Assembly (NCBI GenBank): GCA_965223905.1
Contig: CBDCXV010000010.1
Coordinates: 1,056,001-1,120,000, forward strand
Length of the DNA stretch: 64,000 nt
Direction of reading: 5' to 3'
DNA from: Candidatus Latescibacterota bacterium
GTDB taxonomy: Bacteria; Latescibacterota; UBA2968; UBA8231
The notes beneath the pieces are model-generated. The model was not told where the DNA came from, did not search any database, and worked only from the letters and a program-made list of their open reading frames with translations. Shown piece after piece: positions 48,457 through 59,883 of this stretch. The stretch's first letter is position 1. Every line of letters starts with the position of its first letter. Both the position numbers and the translations under genes were made by a program.

Positions 48457-49437
48457 GTGACCACCGTTGGCATCATCGCGAACCCGGCCTCAGGCAGAGA
48501 CATCCGCCGGCTGGTGACGCACGCCACCGTCCTCGACAACGAAGAGAAAGTCAACATCGTCCGCCGGGTGCTGCTCGGGCTCGAGTCGGTCGGCGTCGAT
48601 CGGGTGTGGATCATGCCCGAGTCGTACGGCATCGGACACAACGCCCTTGACGGACTGAAGACGCGCCTCGATATCTCGATTCTGTCGATGAGCACGACCT
48701 TCACTCAAGATGACACGAAGCGCGCTGCCGAGTTCATGGTACGGGATGGCGTCAGTTGCCTCGTCACGATCGGCGGCGACGGCACCAATCGCGCCGTGGC
48801 CAAGACGTGCGCCGACGTGCCCCTGGTGCCGATCTCCACCGGCACAAACAACGCTTTTCCCTCGATGATTGAGGGCACAATCGCCGGTATCGTGGCCCGC
48901 GGTGTGGCCCACGAGACGGTGCAAACCATGCCGCGGCTGGATGTGTTTACCGGCGTCGATGATGACGCCCCGGACGAGGTGGCCCTCGTTGACGCCGCGG
49001 TATACGAAGGGCACTTCGTCGCCGCTCGCGCGCTTTTGGATGCCACGAGGGTCAAGGAAGTCTTATTGACCCGCGCTGAAGCCGGAAACATCGGACTGTC
49101 TGCCATAGGCGCTCACGTGCACAACGGCAGCCGCTCCCCCGATCAAGGCCTATATTTGCGCCTGGAACTGGGCGGACAACGGGTGCTGGCTCCCATCGCC
49201 CCGGGCGTCGTAATCAATGTGAGCGTCGCGGAGCATCGGCTGCTGAACCCGGGCGACGAAGTCCTAATCGAGCGAACCGATCCCTATGTACTGGCCTTCG
49301 ATGGCGAGCGTGAGATGGCGGGACCGTCCGGCGAATCGGTCCGCATACGCCTCAATGCTCGTGGCCCAAGAGTCGTTGACGCCGCCCGGGCACTCGAGGT
49401 GGCCGCCAGCGAAGGAGTGTTCGTCGAGAGTCCGTGA
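48457..49437 (+). CDS. acoX: AcoX-like NAD kinase family protein
   Basis: GIIANPASGRDIRRLV, GGDGT, STGTNNAFP, DGERE. Confidence 0.85.
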   Translation: MTTVGIIANPASGRDIRRLVTHATVLDNEEKVNIVRRVLLGLESVGVDRVWIMPESYGIGHNALDGLKTRLDISILSMSTTFTQDDTKRAAEFMVRDGVSCLVTIGGDGTNRAVAKTCADVPLVPISTGTNNAFPSMIEGTIAGIVARGVAHETVQTMPRLDVFTGVDDDAPDEVALVDAAVYEGHFVAARALLDATRVKEVLLTRAEAGNIGLSAIGAHVHNGSRSPDQGLYLRLELGGQRVLAPIAPGVVINVSVAEHRLLNPGDEVLIERTDPYVLAFDGEREMAGPSGESVRIRLNARGPRVVDAARALEVAASEGVFVESP

Positions 49438-49505
49438 CAAGTCACCAAGACCGCGAGATATTTGGGACCGGGCGGCGGTCATCTCTGATGGGAATCACAA
49501 TGTGA

Positions 49506-50564
49506 TTATCTACTCTGCTGCTCGGGGAAAGGGGCCCGCAGATCGTAGCGTCCTTCCTTCAGGACCGGTAAGGTGCCATCTGCGACCATCATGTCCAAGG
49601 GACACTCGCGCGTTGTCAACGGCATGGTCACGACGCCCTTGATGCGCAGGGACTCGAAGATCGCCATCATGATCTCAAGCGTGTAACGCGCCTGCCCGGC
49701 GTTACTGCGGTGGCTTTCTACCCGGCCTTCGATCCAGTCGATTAACTCTTGATACTGATCGGTGGAAACGGGCGGTGGATCGATCTCTTGCCAATCACCC
49801 TTACCCTTGGCACCGCGATGCAGCATCAGTGTGCCCTCCTCTCCCCGGGCGATCTTGCCTTCCGTGCCGGTAATCTCGGGCATTGAGATCACCGGACCCG
49901 GCAGATCGCCTTCATAGATCCCACGAGCCCCACCTTCGAAACAGACCAATCCCATGCATAGATCCTCGCACCTGCTGCGTCGCTCCCAGCGATCGGTGGT
50001 GCGGCTGACTTGGCCGATGACCCAGAGTGTTTCGGGGTCCGAGAGGTAATAGCGCCATGAGTCGATGGCGTGAGTGGCGGTGTTGAGCAGTCCGGCGTCG
50101 GGTTTGGCGATGTGGTGGACGATCCGCGGTTCGCCGATTGCGCCGGCTGCAACTAGGCGGCGAATCTCGTTCAGGTCCGGGTCAAAGCGCCTATTGTGGC
50201 CGATGGCGAGCTTGACGTCGTGCTCGTCGCAGGCGGTGATCATGTCGTCGGCGTTGCCGAGATTGTCGGCGATGGGTTTTTCACCGAGGATTGCCATTAC
50301 ACCGGCTTTGGCGGCGGCGACGGTGGCCGCCGCGCGCGCGCCCTGCCAGGTGGGAATGCTGACGATGTCGAGATTCTCTTTTTCCAGCATTACGTCGTAG
50401 TCGGTGTAGGTCGTCGGCACCGCATACTCTGCGGCCAAGCGTTGGGCTGACTCCTGCGAGATGTCCATGGCCGCCACGACCTCGGCGTCGTCGCGTTGGC
50501 TCCAGCTTCTGGCGTGCAAACGGCCCATGGCGCCGCAGCCGATGATTCCCACTCGATAAGTCAT
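49506..50564 (-). CDS. Gfo/Idh/MocA oxidoreductase
   Basis: GIIGCGAMG, EKP, GHNRRF, THAID. Confidence 0.92.
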   Translation of the reverse strand: MTYRVGIIGCGAMGRLHARSWSQRDDAEVVAAMDISQESAQRLAAEYAVPTTYTDYDVMLEKENLDIVSIPTWQGARAAATVAAAKAGVMAILGEKPIADNLGNADDMITACDEHDVKLAIGHNRRFDPDLNEIRRLVAAGAIGEPRIVHHIAKPDAGLLNTATHAIDSWRYYLSDPETLWVIGQVSRTTDRWERRSRCEDLCMGLVCFEGGARGIYEGDLPGPVISMPEITGTEGKIARGEEGTLMLHRGAKGKGDWQEIDPPPVSTDQYQELIDWIEGRVESHRSNAGQARYTLEIMMAIFESLRIKGVVTMPLTTRECPLDMMVADGTLPVLKEGRYDLRAPFPEQQSR

Positions 50565-50640
50565 TAGCTTGTGGTCCCCCCCCGTGCATGGTCAGCGTTA
50601 TCGACATCAACGCCAAGATAAGGCATCGGCGGTAGCATTA

Positions 50641-52197
50641 CCCTAACGTTGCAAAAACCTGTTTGAACGAGTATGAGGCGGTTGTGATCAGGCCGCTTGC
50701 TTCAGTGTTTCGAGGAAATGCAACAGATCTTTTTGGGCTTTTGGGTTCGAGTTCATCGTCAGGGTCAACTCGCCCTTGGGCTGGGTGAGCCGGCCGGCGC
50801 GTTGGATGAAGCGATGACGCAAGGTGTCCAGGGTCTGGAAGGTCCACGGCGGCGGACGTTTGGCGCGCGAATAGGTCGAGCGCCCCTGGGTGAGCATCTG
50901 CATTTCGCGCCCCAGGTTGTGAGCCATCCTCGCACACAAGGTGACCATCTGGTTGCCGAGTACCCTTCGGGTGGGGATCAGGTCCAACCCGGCCTGCTGC
51001 TTGGCCTCGCCGAAGATCCCTTCCTGAGCGCCGCGGCCCCCGTGGAAGAGGACCACGTTGCCTGCCGAGGTCCTCTTGTTGGTGACCAGGACGCGGTAGT
51101 CCTAGTCGGTTTCGCGAGGTTGAAACAGATCCAGCTGCAAGGGCTCCTTGGTCTGACGCTTGACCGTACGGCGCACAAAGACAAACCGATACGTGGCCGG
51201 CCGGCTGGCCGGTTTCCACGCACTCTCGAAATAGGAGCGTTCCTCATCCAGATAGCGCCAGCGCTTGCGGGACTCGATTTTGTGCTTGAGTACGGGGAAG
51301 CGTTCGAACGGCACGCTGAGAGTGGATTCGACGCCATACAGGTCGAGGAGAGTGAGCGTGTGTTGGCTGAAGAAGGCGCTGTCCAGTCGAGCCTCGAGCA
51401 CGGTGTGGGGAAGAAGGGCGCGCACGCGATCGAAGGCGTCCATCATGAACTCATGAGCGCCCTTGCTGTCATGGACGTTGCCGGGACGGTGCAGGACATC
51501 GAGGAATTGCCCGGTTTGGGCCACGGTGCCGAACAGGTTGTAGTAGCTGCGCGCGCCCTTTCTTTTGGGGTTGTAGCCGACAGCGGTGCCTTCGGCATGA
51601 CCGCGCGTGGACACCACCGAGCCGTCGAAGTCGAGGGTCAGACGGGCAAAACGCTCACGCTGCAGGGCGTTCCTCACCAAGGTCGAGGACAGCTGCCGCA
51701 CCGTGGCAATATTCGAGGGCTTCAGGGTCGCCAGGGTGCGACTGACGGTGGCCACGTCGGGGAGACGACGCAGCCCCAACAAACGCCGCACGACCGGATC
51801 GTCCCGGTAATAGTCCACGTCTCGCAGGCGCCGGAAACCCAGCAACAGATGCACGATGAGCAGCAACACAATGACATGGGGGCCGAAGATGGCCGAGCTT
51901 TTCACGGGCCGGAAGCATGACTTCAACCGGGCCTTCAGATTCAGCCGTTGAAAGAGCACGAAAAAGACGATCGCTCCGGCAAAGGAAGTAAGCTGTTGAT
52001 CCTCGAAGCGAAGACGCGGGAGCTTGGGAAAACGGGCACAAATCGCTTGTCTGCTGTACTTCACTTGCGGTGTCCTCCTAGAATGGGAGTCGGGTATGTC
52101 TTTGTCAACATCATCGATACCCAATTTCCAGAGGTGCCGCAAGTGACCATGTGCCCGAACAGAAGGGAAATTAGCGCAGTTTTATGCAACCAGAGGG
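50641..52197 (-). mobile_element. IS1380-family element, copy 2; transposase inactivated by an in-frame TAG at 51102-51104
   Basis: IRs CCCTAACGTTGCAAAA / TTATGCAACCAGAGGG; ATTA duplicated on both sides; ETD*DYR where copy 1 has VVDYDYR. Confidence 0.92.
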
Positions 52198-52263
52198 ATT
52201 ACTAGGTGTCAGCATGAAGACTTTGACGGGTAGACGCGAAGGCGTTTATGTTCCCGAATCACC

Positions 52264-53349
52264 ATGAGCACCCCGTCTAAACGATCGGCTTCCTATCCGC
52301 TGCGCGCGGTTCCCGGGTACTACGGCACCCATTCCGGCATTCAGATCGGCACATACGTCTCGTCGCTGGCCAGCGACGAGGAGCTGCGATTCCTGCAGCA
52401 GCTCGGCGTCGAGTGGGCGATGCTCGCCGTACCTGACCAATCACTTCACAGCGTGGCGAACTACAAGGCCTGGATCGATCGGTTTGCGCACTTCGACATC
52501 CAGATCTACCGCATCGCCAACCAGAGCGTGCACAACATGGAGGCGGTCACCCTCGGGCTCGACGACCGCGACCGCAAGATCGACGAGTTCATCGCCTTCA
52601 TCCGCGACCTCGGCGCTGCGGGCATCCACTACAACACCTACGCGCACATGGCGAGCGGCACCTGGACTTCAGGGCAGACCACCGGGCGTGGCGGCATCGA
52701 AGCGCGCACGCTGGACCTGCGCGACGCATGGGGACGCTGGGACGGCAAGCGATTCGAGGGCGAGCTGCCACACGGGCGCCGCTACAGTGAGGAAGAACTG
52801 TGGGACAACTACGCCCACTTCATCGCCATGGTGGCGCCGGTGGCTGAGGACGCGGGGGTGTACATCGGTATCCACCCCGATGATCCACCGGTGTACGCGC
52901 TCGGCGGCGTGCCCCGGTGCATCTTCGGCACCTTTGCCGGCTACCAGCGTGCGCTGGAGATCGCTGCCAGCGATCACATCGGGGTCTGTTTATGCGTCGG
53001 CTGCTGGCTGGAGGGAGGTGCCGCCGGTATGGGTGCCAACGTGGTCGAGGCCATTCACACCTTCGGCAAGCAAGGCAAGCTGTTCAAAGTGCACTTTCGC
53101 AATGTGACCAATCCCCTGCCGGAGCCGTGGCGAGAGACGCTGATGGACGAGGGCTACATGGACATGTCGCTGGTGATGGCGGCGCTGGGCGAGGTCGGAT
53201 TCGACGGCTGCGCCATCCCGGACCACATCCCGCTCATGAGTGGCGAGGGCGGCGACCGGGCAGGCCTTGGCTACTCCATCGGCTACATGCGGGCTCTGAC
53301 GCAGGCGGTCAACACGCTGGCGGCGGCCGCGTCATCTGCACCGCGATGA
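52264..53349 (+). CDS. Mannonate dehydratase (UxuA)-family protein
   Basis: LQQLGVE, LWDNYAHF...PVAE..GV.IGIHPDDPP, VHFRNV, IPDH.P. Confidence 0.85.
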   Translation: MSTPSKRSASYPLRAVPGYYGTHSGIQIGTYVSSLASDEELRFLQQLGVEWAMLAVPDQSLHSVANYKAWIDRFAHFDIQIYRIANQSVHNMEAVTLGLDDRDRKIDEFIAFIRDLGAAGIHYNTYAHMASGTWTSGQTTGRGGIEARTLDLRDAWGRWDGKRFEGELPHGRRYSEEELWDNYAHFIAMVAPVAEDAGVYIGIHPDDPPVYALGGVPRCIFGTFAGYQRALEIAASDHIGVCLCVGCWLEGGAAGMGANVVEAIHTFGKQGKLFKVHFRNVTNPLPEPWRETLMDEGYMDMSLVMAALGEVGFDGCAIPDHIPLMSGEGGDRAGLGYSIGYMRALTQAVNTLAAAASSAPR

Positions 53350-53392
53350 TCGACCTAGCCAGGGACCGCCCCAGACGCCAGAAGCGACGACG

Positions 53393-54252
53393 ATGCGTGT
53401 AGCGGTAACCGGCGCGCTTGGGCGCGCCGGCCGCTGGATCGTCCCAGAGCTGGTCGCTGCGGACACGAGGTGATCGGCGTAGACCTCCCCGCCCGGGCGG
53501 AGCTACCCGGCGCCCGCTACCGGCAGGCCGACGTCAACGACTACGCCTAGACGCTGTACGCCTTCGAGGGTGTCGACGCCGTCGTGCACCTGGCACGGGC
53601 AAGCCCGCATGCCAGCCCCAACACGGTGTTATCGCGTCAATACGTCAATACGATGACCGCCTGGAACGTGCTGCAAGCGGCCGAGGCGCTCGGCCTCGGC
53701 AAGCTGGTGCTGGCCTCATCAGTTAATGCCATCGGTGCGGCATTCAACCTGACGCGAGTGCCGCCGGAGTACTTCCCGATCGACGAACAACATCCGACCC
53801 GGGCCCAGGACCCCTACAGCATCAGCAAGTGGGCCGGTGAACAGATCTCCGACGGATTCGCACCCCGGCTTGCGGCGCAGGGTCACACCATACAGATCGC
53901 CAGCTTCCGCCTGCACGCGCTGCTCGACGACGAGGGCATCGCGCGCGCCGGGGGCGAGCGTGGTGACCCCGAGCAGCATGCCGCGGATTTTTGGAGCTAC
54001 ACCAGCCTGCGCGAGTGCGCTCGCGCCTGCCGGCTGGCCTTGGAGTCGTCATGGGCGGGACACGAGGTGTTCTTCCTCAACGCCGCCGACACGACGCTGA
54101 GCATGGCGACTGAACAGGCCATCGCGCAGTGCTACCCCGGCGTGTCGCTGCGCCGGCCGCTACCTGGTTTCGCCTCGGTGCTGGACACCCGCAAGGCCCA
54201 GCACTTCTTCGGGTGGGAACACGAGATCACCTGGCGTACCGGCTCGCACTAG
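53393..54252 (+). pseudogene. NAD-dependent epimerase/dehydratase pseudogene
   Basis: MRVAVTGALGRAG, then a frameshift near 53460 and an in-frame TAG near 53548; HLA, ASS and YSISK follow. Confidence 0.8.
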
Positions 54253-54279
54253 CAGCCCGAGACCACCAGGAAGGACATC

Positions 54280-56151
54280 ATGGCCAGGAAGCGAATTGTC
54301 CAGCGCGACTTTCGCGACTACCAGCGCGCCCGTTTCGTCAATGCCCAGACGAGCGCCAGCGCGAGGCTGGCTCCCACTCTGATGCTGACCAACGAGCTTG
54401 GCGTCAACGGCGATATTCCAGATAGGCTAGGCCCGAACGACTGGGCCCGCGTCGAATTCGATGTTCCGTCGGCGCAGGTCAAGAGCGCCGAGGTGCTCTT
54501 CTATGTCAAGAGCCCCAAAAGCGCCCAGGAAAAACCGCTGCGCTTGCTGGTCAACGGAAGTCGCGTCAACCACTACCAGAAGGTCGAGCGCAGGCTGGCC
54601 GGCGGGTGGGATCGGGCGCGAATACCGGCTCGCTTTCTCAAGAAGGGCGTCAATGAGATCACTTTCGGCATGAACGGCGTGCTTTCCATTGACCCGAACT
54701 CGGGGGGGCGGAGCAGCCGCAGCTTCGACGGCGGGAAGACCTGGCATGCCAATGCTCTGGGGGCTGAGGGCCAGATCAAGGGCGAATACCTGGTCCGCTT
54801 GCGCCTCAAGGGATATCCTCCGCGTGGCGAACTGGTGTCACCGGTCTTTGACTTGGCCGCTGCGGAGGGGGGCGGCATTGCACCGCGCGTCGATATCCGC
54901 CGCATCCGGTTGACACACGAGAAAGAAGCGCCCCGGGGGACGCGGATCGACTTCGAAATGCGCTCGGGCTCCACGCCCACCTTTTCGCCTCGGCAGTGGA
55001 CTTCGTGGGCAGGGCAAACGGCGCTCGAAAGGCCCGGCCGCTTTGCGCAGTGGCGAGCTGTCCTGAGCTCGAATTCAGCTGCCGCGACCCCGGTGCTGAA
55101 GAGCGTGGCGCTGACGGTCGATTATACGGAGGCGCGAGGTTCGCTGAAGGGCGTCGAACTGCTCGAGCTCGATCAACCCGACATCGTCTACAGCTCCTAC
55201 GACTTCGAATATCTGGCGCCCCATCACCGCGTCGACCGACTACTCAAGCAGTACCGTCTGGAGGAAGTCATCGCACCCGGGGCGACCGAACTGGAGAAGT
55301 TCGCCCTGCTGCGCGATTGGGTTCACAGCCAGTGGCTGGGCTGGCAGGTATTCAATTACCCCTACTGTCCGCCGTGGGATCCGCTCGACATTCTCGAGAC
55401 AACCAAGGGCCATTGGGGCTTTGGCATGTGCACCCATTACGGGGCGGTCTTCGCAGGGTGCGCGTCGGCACTGGGCTACGTGGCTCGCGTTCTCATTGTC
55501 AATGGTCACTGCCTGGCCGAGATCTGGTCGGACGATTTACAGAAGTGGATTCTGCAAGACCCCGGACCTAGTGAAGAGTACGACGCTACGTACGAGAGTC
55601 GCGGCGTGCCCGTCAACGCGCTCGAGTTCCACCGGATGCACGCGGCCGGCAAGGCCCATCACCTGACGATCAACAAGCTGCCGCAGAAGAAGAAGGCGAG
55701 GATGACCAACGATTGGGGCAGCACTTTCTGTCGCTTCGGCATCCCTCTGCGCAACAATCATCTGGTCAAAGCGGAGCCCGCCGAGCTGCACCACGGCTAC
55801 AGCCATTACCACTGGGACGGGTACCTGTGGTGGTCCGTCGACATCGATCCGAAATACGCCGAGTATTCGTTGCAGACCTCACGCCCGGCTGATTTCTACT
55901 GGTCGGTCAACCAGACCCGCCTCTACCCTCGCGCCGGGGAGGAAAGAGGGATGTTGGCAATAGACGTGGAGACGGCGACGCCGAATTTCTCACATTATCA
56001 GATCCGGATCGGCAGTGGAGAATGGATCGAGGCCGAGGCGCCGCTGAGTTGGGAGCTATATCATGGTGAGAACGAAATGGAAGTACGCGGAGTCAACGCC
56101 TTTGGTCGAGCGGGCCGCAGTGCGCGGTTGAAGGTTGCCTGCACCGGGTGA
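54280..56151 (+). CDS. Transglutaminase-like domain protein
   Basis: Cys-His-Asp triad: GFGMCTHYG, HCLAEIW, KWILQDP; beta-rich flanking domains. Confidence 0.75.
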   Translation: MARKRIVQRDFRDYQRARFVNAQTSASARLAPTLMLTNELGVNGDIPDRLGPNDWARVEFDVPSAQVKSAEVLFYVKSPKSAQEKPLRLLVNGSRVNHYQKVERRLAGGWDRARIPARFLKKGVNEITFGMNGVLSIDPNSGGRSSRSFDGGKTWHANALGAEGQIKGEYLVRLRLKGYPPRGELVSPVFDLAAAEGGGIAPRVDIRRIRLTHEKEAPRGTRIDFEMRSGSTPTFSPRQWTSWAGQTALERPGRFAQWRAVLSSNSAAATPVLKSVALTVDYTEARGSLKGVELLELDQPDIVYSSYDFEYLAPHHRVDRLLKQYRLEEVIAPGATELEKFALLRDWVHSQWLGWQVFNYPYCPPWDPLDILETTKGHWGFGMCTHYGAVFAGCASALGYVARVLIVNGHCLAEIWSDDLQKWILQDPGPSEEYDATYESRGVPVNALEFHRMHAAGKAHHLTINKLPQKKKARMTNDWGSTFCRFGIPLRNNHLVKAEPAELHHGYSHYHWDGYLWWSVDIDPKYAEYSLQTSRPADFYWSVNQTRLYPRAGEERGMLAIDVETATPNFSHYQIRIGSGEWIEAEAPLSWELYHGENEMEVRGVNAFGRAGRSARLKVACTG

Positions 56152-56278
56152 AGGGAAATCACCTGATTGACCTCACGCGGTGCCCCAGGCCTGGGTGCTA
56201 CCGGTAGTGCGGAGTGTGCAGAATTGATTCTCAAGATCAGAGTGATGGCAAGGCGATTTCAAGGGTGAGAGAGGGCTT

Positions 56279-57034
56279 ATGAAAGTCTTGGTGACCGGTG
56301 CTGAGAGTCGCCTGGGGAAGCAAATCATTGAAGAACTGGCCCCGCATCACAAGTTACGTCTCTGGGGAGCCGGGGAGGCGCCAGATGACCTGGGCGACCA
56401 ATCGGAGTGGTTGACTGGAGACCTGCGTGATGCCGGCACGGCGTGGCAGGCGGTACGGGGAGTGGAGGCGATCGTACACACGGGGGAACCGCCTCCCGGG
56501 CTGTCTGATGAAGATCTGGAACGTGAGCAGGAGCTATTGGATTTGGCCACACGGGGGACGCATGTGTTGTTCACAGCGGGTGTGAAGGCTGGGGTGAAGC
56601 GATTTGTTTATGGCAGCACGCTTCAGGTTTTCGAAGCCTATCCGGACGATGTGTTCATCACGGAGTTGTGGAAACCGAAACCCTCTCCGGAAATGTTTCA
56701 GATGACCCGGTATCTGGGGGAACTTACGTGTCGGGAATTTGCCCGCGATTTTCTGGTGGCGGTCACTGCGCTTCGCTTGGGCAAGCTGGTGGTGGCAGAA
56801 GAGGTTGCTGGCCAGACACCCGATTTGATGTGGGTGGACATTCGGGATGCTGCTCACGCGTTCCGCATGGCTCTAAACCGGGATGCCCGGAAGGAAGTGA
56901 AGTGGAGTCGGCGGCTTGCCCTGCATCACATCTGTGCAAATATACCGAATGGCAAATATCTGATCGGGACTCCGGGATTTCGACTCAATGGATTTGAGCC
57001 ACAGCATCAATTTGAGATCGGGGATGGAGCATGA
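56279..57034 (+). CDS. NAD-dependent epimerase family protein (atypical)
   Basis: KVLVTGAESRLG, GVKRFVYGST; the YxxxK motif is degenerate (FQMTR). Confidence 0.75.
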   Translation: MKVLVTGAESRLGKQIIEELAPHHKLRLWGAGEAPDDLGDQSEWLTGDLRDAGTAWQAVRGVEAIVHTGEPPPGLSDEDLEREQELLDLATRGTHVLFTAGVKAGVKRFVYGSTLQVFEAYPDDVFITELWKPKPSPEMFQMTRYLGELTCREFARDFLVAVTALRLGKLVVAEEVAGQTPDLMWVDIRDAAHAFRMALNRDARKEVKWSRRLALHHICANIPNGKYLIGTPGFRLNGFEPQHQFEIGDGA

Positions 57035-57747
57035 AAAAGGTGCTCTTACTCGGTGCATCGGGATTGGTTGCTCCCAACATCACGGCTGGGCTTGAACCGT
57101 ATTATGACCTGCGCCTGGCCGATATCAAGCCCCATCCAGATGGCAAACCGATAACGGAGGTGGATGTTCGCAACTACGATCAGGTGCTCGACGCCGCCCG
57201 GGGGATGGATGCGATCATGAATTTCACGGTCGTTCGCCCTCATGACCCGGTTCTGAGTTTTCACGTGAACACATTGGGCGCATTGCATGTGATGAAGGCG
57301 GCTGAAGCGTTGGGCATCAAGAAGGTCGTGCACACGGGTCCGCAGTTGATTCGCGGTGATTATGACCTGGATTTTGACGTCGCGGATGTGCCCCGGGCAG
57401 CGGGTGTAAGCTACTATGGAGCGACCAAGATATTGTCTTATGAGATCTGTCGAATTTACGCCAGGACCTGCGGCATTCAGACCATTTGTTTTGTGTTCAA
57501 TGGCATGGGGGCCAATCCTTCGGTACAAGATTATGGAAAAGACTTCCCCCCGTTCTTGATTATTTGGGAGGATTTACAGCAGGCTTGCCGGCTGGCTTTG
57601 GACATCGAAAAAGTGCCTGATGATTATCAGGATTTCAATATGACAAGTTTTGAAGGGCACGGGAAATACAATGCAGACAAGGCCCGAAGAATGTTGGGAT
57701 TTGAACCATCACAACGTTGGGAAGATTACTTCAAGCGGGAACTGTAG
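57031..57747 (+). CDS. NAD-dependent epimerase/dehydrogenase (uronate dehydrogenase-like)
   Basis: VLLLGASGLVA, YYGATK; ATGA-coupled to the previous gene. Confidence 0.8.
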   Translation: MKKVLLLGASGLVAPNITAGLEPYYDLRLADIKPHPDGKPITEVDVRNYDQVLDAARGMDAIMNFTVVRPHDPVLSFHVNTLGALHVMKAAEALGIKKVVHTGPQLIRGDYDLDFDVADVPRAAGVSYYGATKILSYEICRIYARTCGIQTICFVFNGMGANPSVQDYGKDFPPFLIIWEDLQQACRLALDIEKVPDDYQDFNMTSFEGHGKYNADKARRMLGFEPSQRWEDYFKREL

Positions 57748-57805
57748 CGGCTGCCAGCGTGTTGTCACCTGATCGAATTTGGAGTTTTTCGCGAGGAGCA
57801 CAAGG

Positions 57806-59878
57806 ATGGATACGAGACGTGAGAGCGGCCTCTGGTTCAACAGACTTCTGAACGACCCTCAATACGCGACGCCCAATAAAGACATTGGCAATGTGGCCTC
57901 GCTCCTGGAGCGGATCGACTCCCTGGGCCCGCAGATCGTTCAGATTCCCGAATTGGGCCCTCTGCTCTACAGTGCGCCCTATCCGCCTCCACAGGAAGGA
58001 CATCACTACTCAAAGGCAGAGATCCATGAGCATCTGGAGCGGTGGCGTTGGTGCATTCAACAGATCCACCAGCGTGGTGCCAAGGCTGTTGGGGTCTTCA
58101 GCTTCTGTTACCATTACGGGGACCTGAAGCGCAGGTTGGGCTGGTTCGAATTTTGGGACAAGCTCTGGGACGAGGAACTCCTTGGACCCCAGCCGGACGT
58201 AGATCCCACGACGCTCTTCCAGCGCAGCCAGAACGGCCAGTCGATTGGATTAAGAAAAGAGCAAATGACGACGACCGATGTGTATTACGGCTGTCCAAAC
58301 AACCCGGCCTGGCGTCAGACCCTGAAGGCGATGCTCAAGGTTGCCATCGACCTGGGGATAGACGGATTCAATGTCGGGTTCAACTTTCGTAACATCTGTC
58401 GGTGTCCGTTTTGTCGGGAGGAGTTGAAGCAGTACTTCGGAAAGTACCCCCCTCAGACACTGCGCGAGAAATTCGGGATCGCGGACCTGGAGGATCCTGC
58501 CTGGTTGAATTTCACGGCCGACACATCGAAACCCGGGGATCTTGGCGCCGGATATCCCTTTAGGGTACCCCAGAGCCCATTGGAGTGGCTGGGGTTGGAG
58601 GCGAGACGATGCCAGCACTACTGGGAAAAGACGCGTTTCGACGAAATCTTTATGGATTACGGTCGTTCACTGAAGCCGGATCTGATCTTGTGCGAGTGGT
58701 TTCACTTCAACTTCACAGCGCCCAACGAACGATCTCTGCTGTCTCGTGATCTGTGGGCAAAGGGAGAGGACTACATCTGGTACTGTCATTTTCGGGGGCC
58801 GACCAACCTGCAAGAGGGCCACGTCTCGGACAGCACGTTAGGCGCGAAATATTGCCGCGCTATGGGCCGGGGCAAACCCTTTTTGGTGAATACCTACGAT
58901 ACGCGTTTCCGGGTGGGCGTAGCCGACCAGGTCGCCGGTGGCGGCATTGCGTGGGGGGTCCATAAACCGCCCGTGCATGAGGACGATATACAGGAATTAT
59001 CAACCTACTTTCGTTTCCTCCGCGAGCAGGAGCCATACTATCACCCCGCCACTTCTTACGCCGACGTCGCACTGGTCTATGCCGATCAGGCGATGCAACT
59101 TGGGGACGCACCCCGTCTTCGCACCCTGCAACGCCTGGGACGCCGGTTGATCGATGGTCATGTTCCCTTCGACATCGTGGTCGATGCAGACCTCTCTCCC
59201 GAAATCCTGAAACCATACCGTCTACTCATCCTGCCAAACGTCAAGTACCTGAGCACGAGACAGGTCGAACTCATCCGCGCCTTCGTCCAGGGCGGCGGCT
59301 GCTTGATTGCCACGGACGAGACGGCCTGCGGTGATCAGAACGGAACAACGCTTCTCAAGTGCATGTTGGAGGAGGTGTATGGTGCTCGCGTGAACGGTGA
59401 GATCTCGTTGAACGAGTTTGGCAAAGGCGCTTGCCTCTATATCCCGGAGGTGCCGCAGGACGAACGGAATCCCGGAGGCGGGTGCAAGGATGACATACCT
59501 CCGAGTCCGCCGGCGGATGCCTTTGGTCAGGATTTCCTGCACCGGCTGCGAGAGCTGGCCGAGCCACCGCTTTTGCAGACGACGGCCTCCTGGAAAGTGG
59601 CGCTCACGCCCTACTTCCAAGAGGCGCAAAGCCGCCTGGTCCTGCACATGGTCAACTATAACCGGGATGAGAGTGCTCCAAGTGAGGTCCCCATTCCAGA
59701 GCGGGATATCCAAATCTCGGTCCGTCTTCCAGAAAACAGCTCCACCGCCGACGTTCGTCTGCTCTCACCCGACCGCAACGGGGAGGAGTCCCTGCCGTTT
59801 GAGCAGGACGGGATGTATGGACGGTTCATGGTGCCGGAGGTGCTGGCCTACAATCTGGCCGTCGTGGACATGCGGTAA
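57806..59878 (+). CDS. Glycoside hydrolase-like protein with beta-galactosidase trimerisation-like domain
   Basis: CPNNPAWR, GIDGF, CRCPFC, YRLLILPNV...FVQGGG, LVLHMVNY. Confidence 0.65.
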   Translation: MDTRRESGLWFNRLLNDPQYATPNKDIGNVASLLERIDSLGPQIVQIPELGPLLYSAPYPPPQEGHHYSKAEIHEHLERWRWCIQQIHQRGAKAVGVFSFCYHYGDLKRRLGWFEFWDKLWDEELLGPQPDVDPTTLFQRSQNGQSIGLRKEQMTTTDVYYGCPNNPAWRQTLKAMLKVAIDLGIDGFNVGFNFRNICRCPFCREELKQYFGKYPPQTLREKFGIADLEDPAWLNFTADTSKPGDLGAGYPFRVPQSPLEWLGLEARRCQHYWEKTRFDEIFMDYGRSLKPDLILCEWFHFNFTAPNERSLLSRDLWAKGEDYIWYCHFRGPTNLQEGHVSDSTLGAKYCRAMGRGKPFLVNTYDTRFRVGVADQVAGGGIAWGVHKPPVHEDDIQELSTYFRFLREQEPYYHPATSYADVALVYADQAMQLGDAPRLRTLQRLGRRLIDGHVPFDIVVDADLSPEILKPYRLLILPNVKYLSTRQVELIRAFVQGGGCLIATDETACGDQNGTTLLKCMLEEVYGARVNGEISLNEFGKGACLYIPEVPQDERNPGGGCKDDIPPSPPADAFGQDFLHRLRELAEPPLLQTTASWKVALTPYFQEAQSRLVLHMVNYNRDESAPSEVPIPERDIQISVRLPENSSTADVRLLSPDRNGEESLPFEQDGMYGRFMVPEVLAYNLAVVDMR

Positions 59879-59883
59879 GTGCT

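Noticed and set aside
26750-53550. Stop-codon reassignment explaining the in-frame TAA/TAG codons
   Set aside because: Both stop types occur, neighbouring genes terminate normally with them, and frameshifts co-occur; pseudogenisation is simpler.
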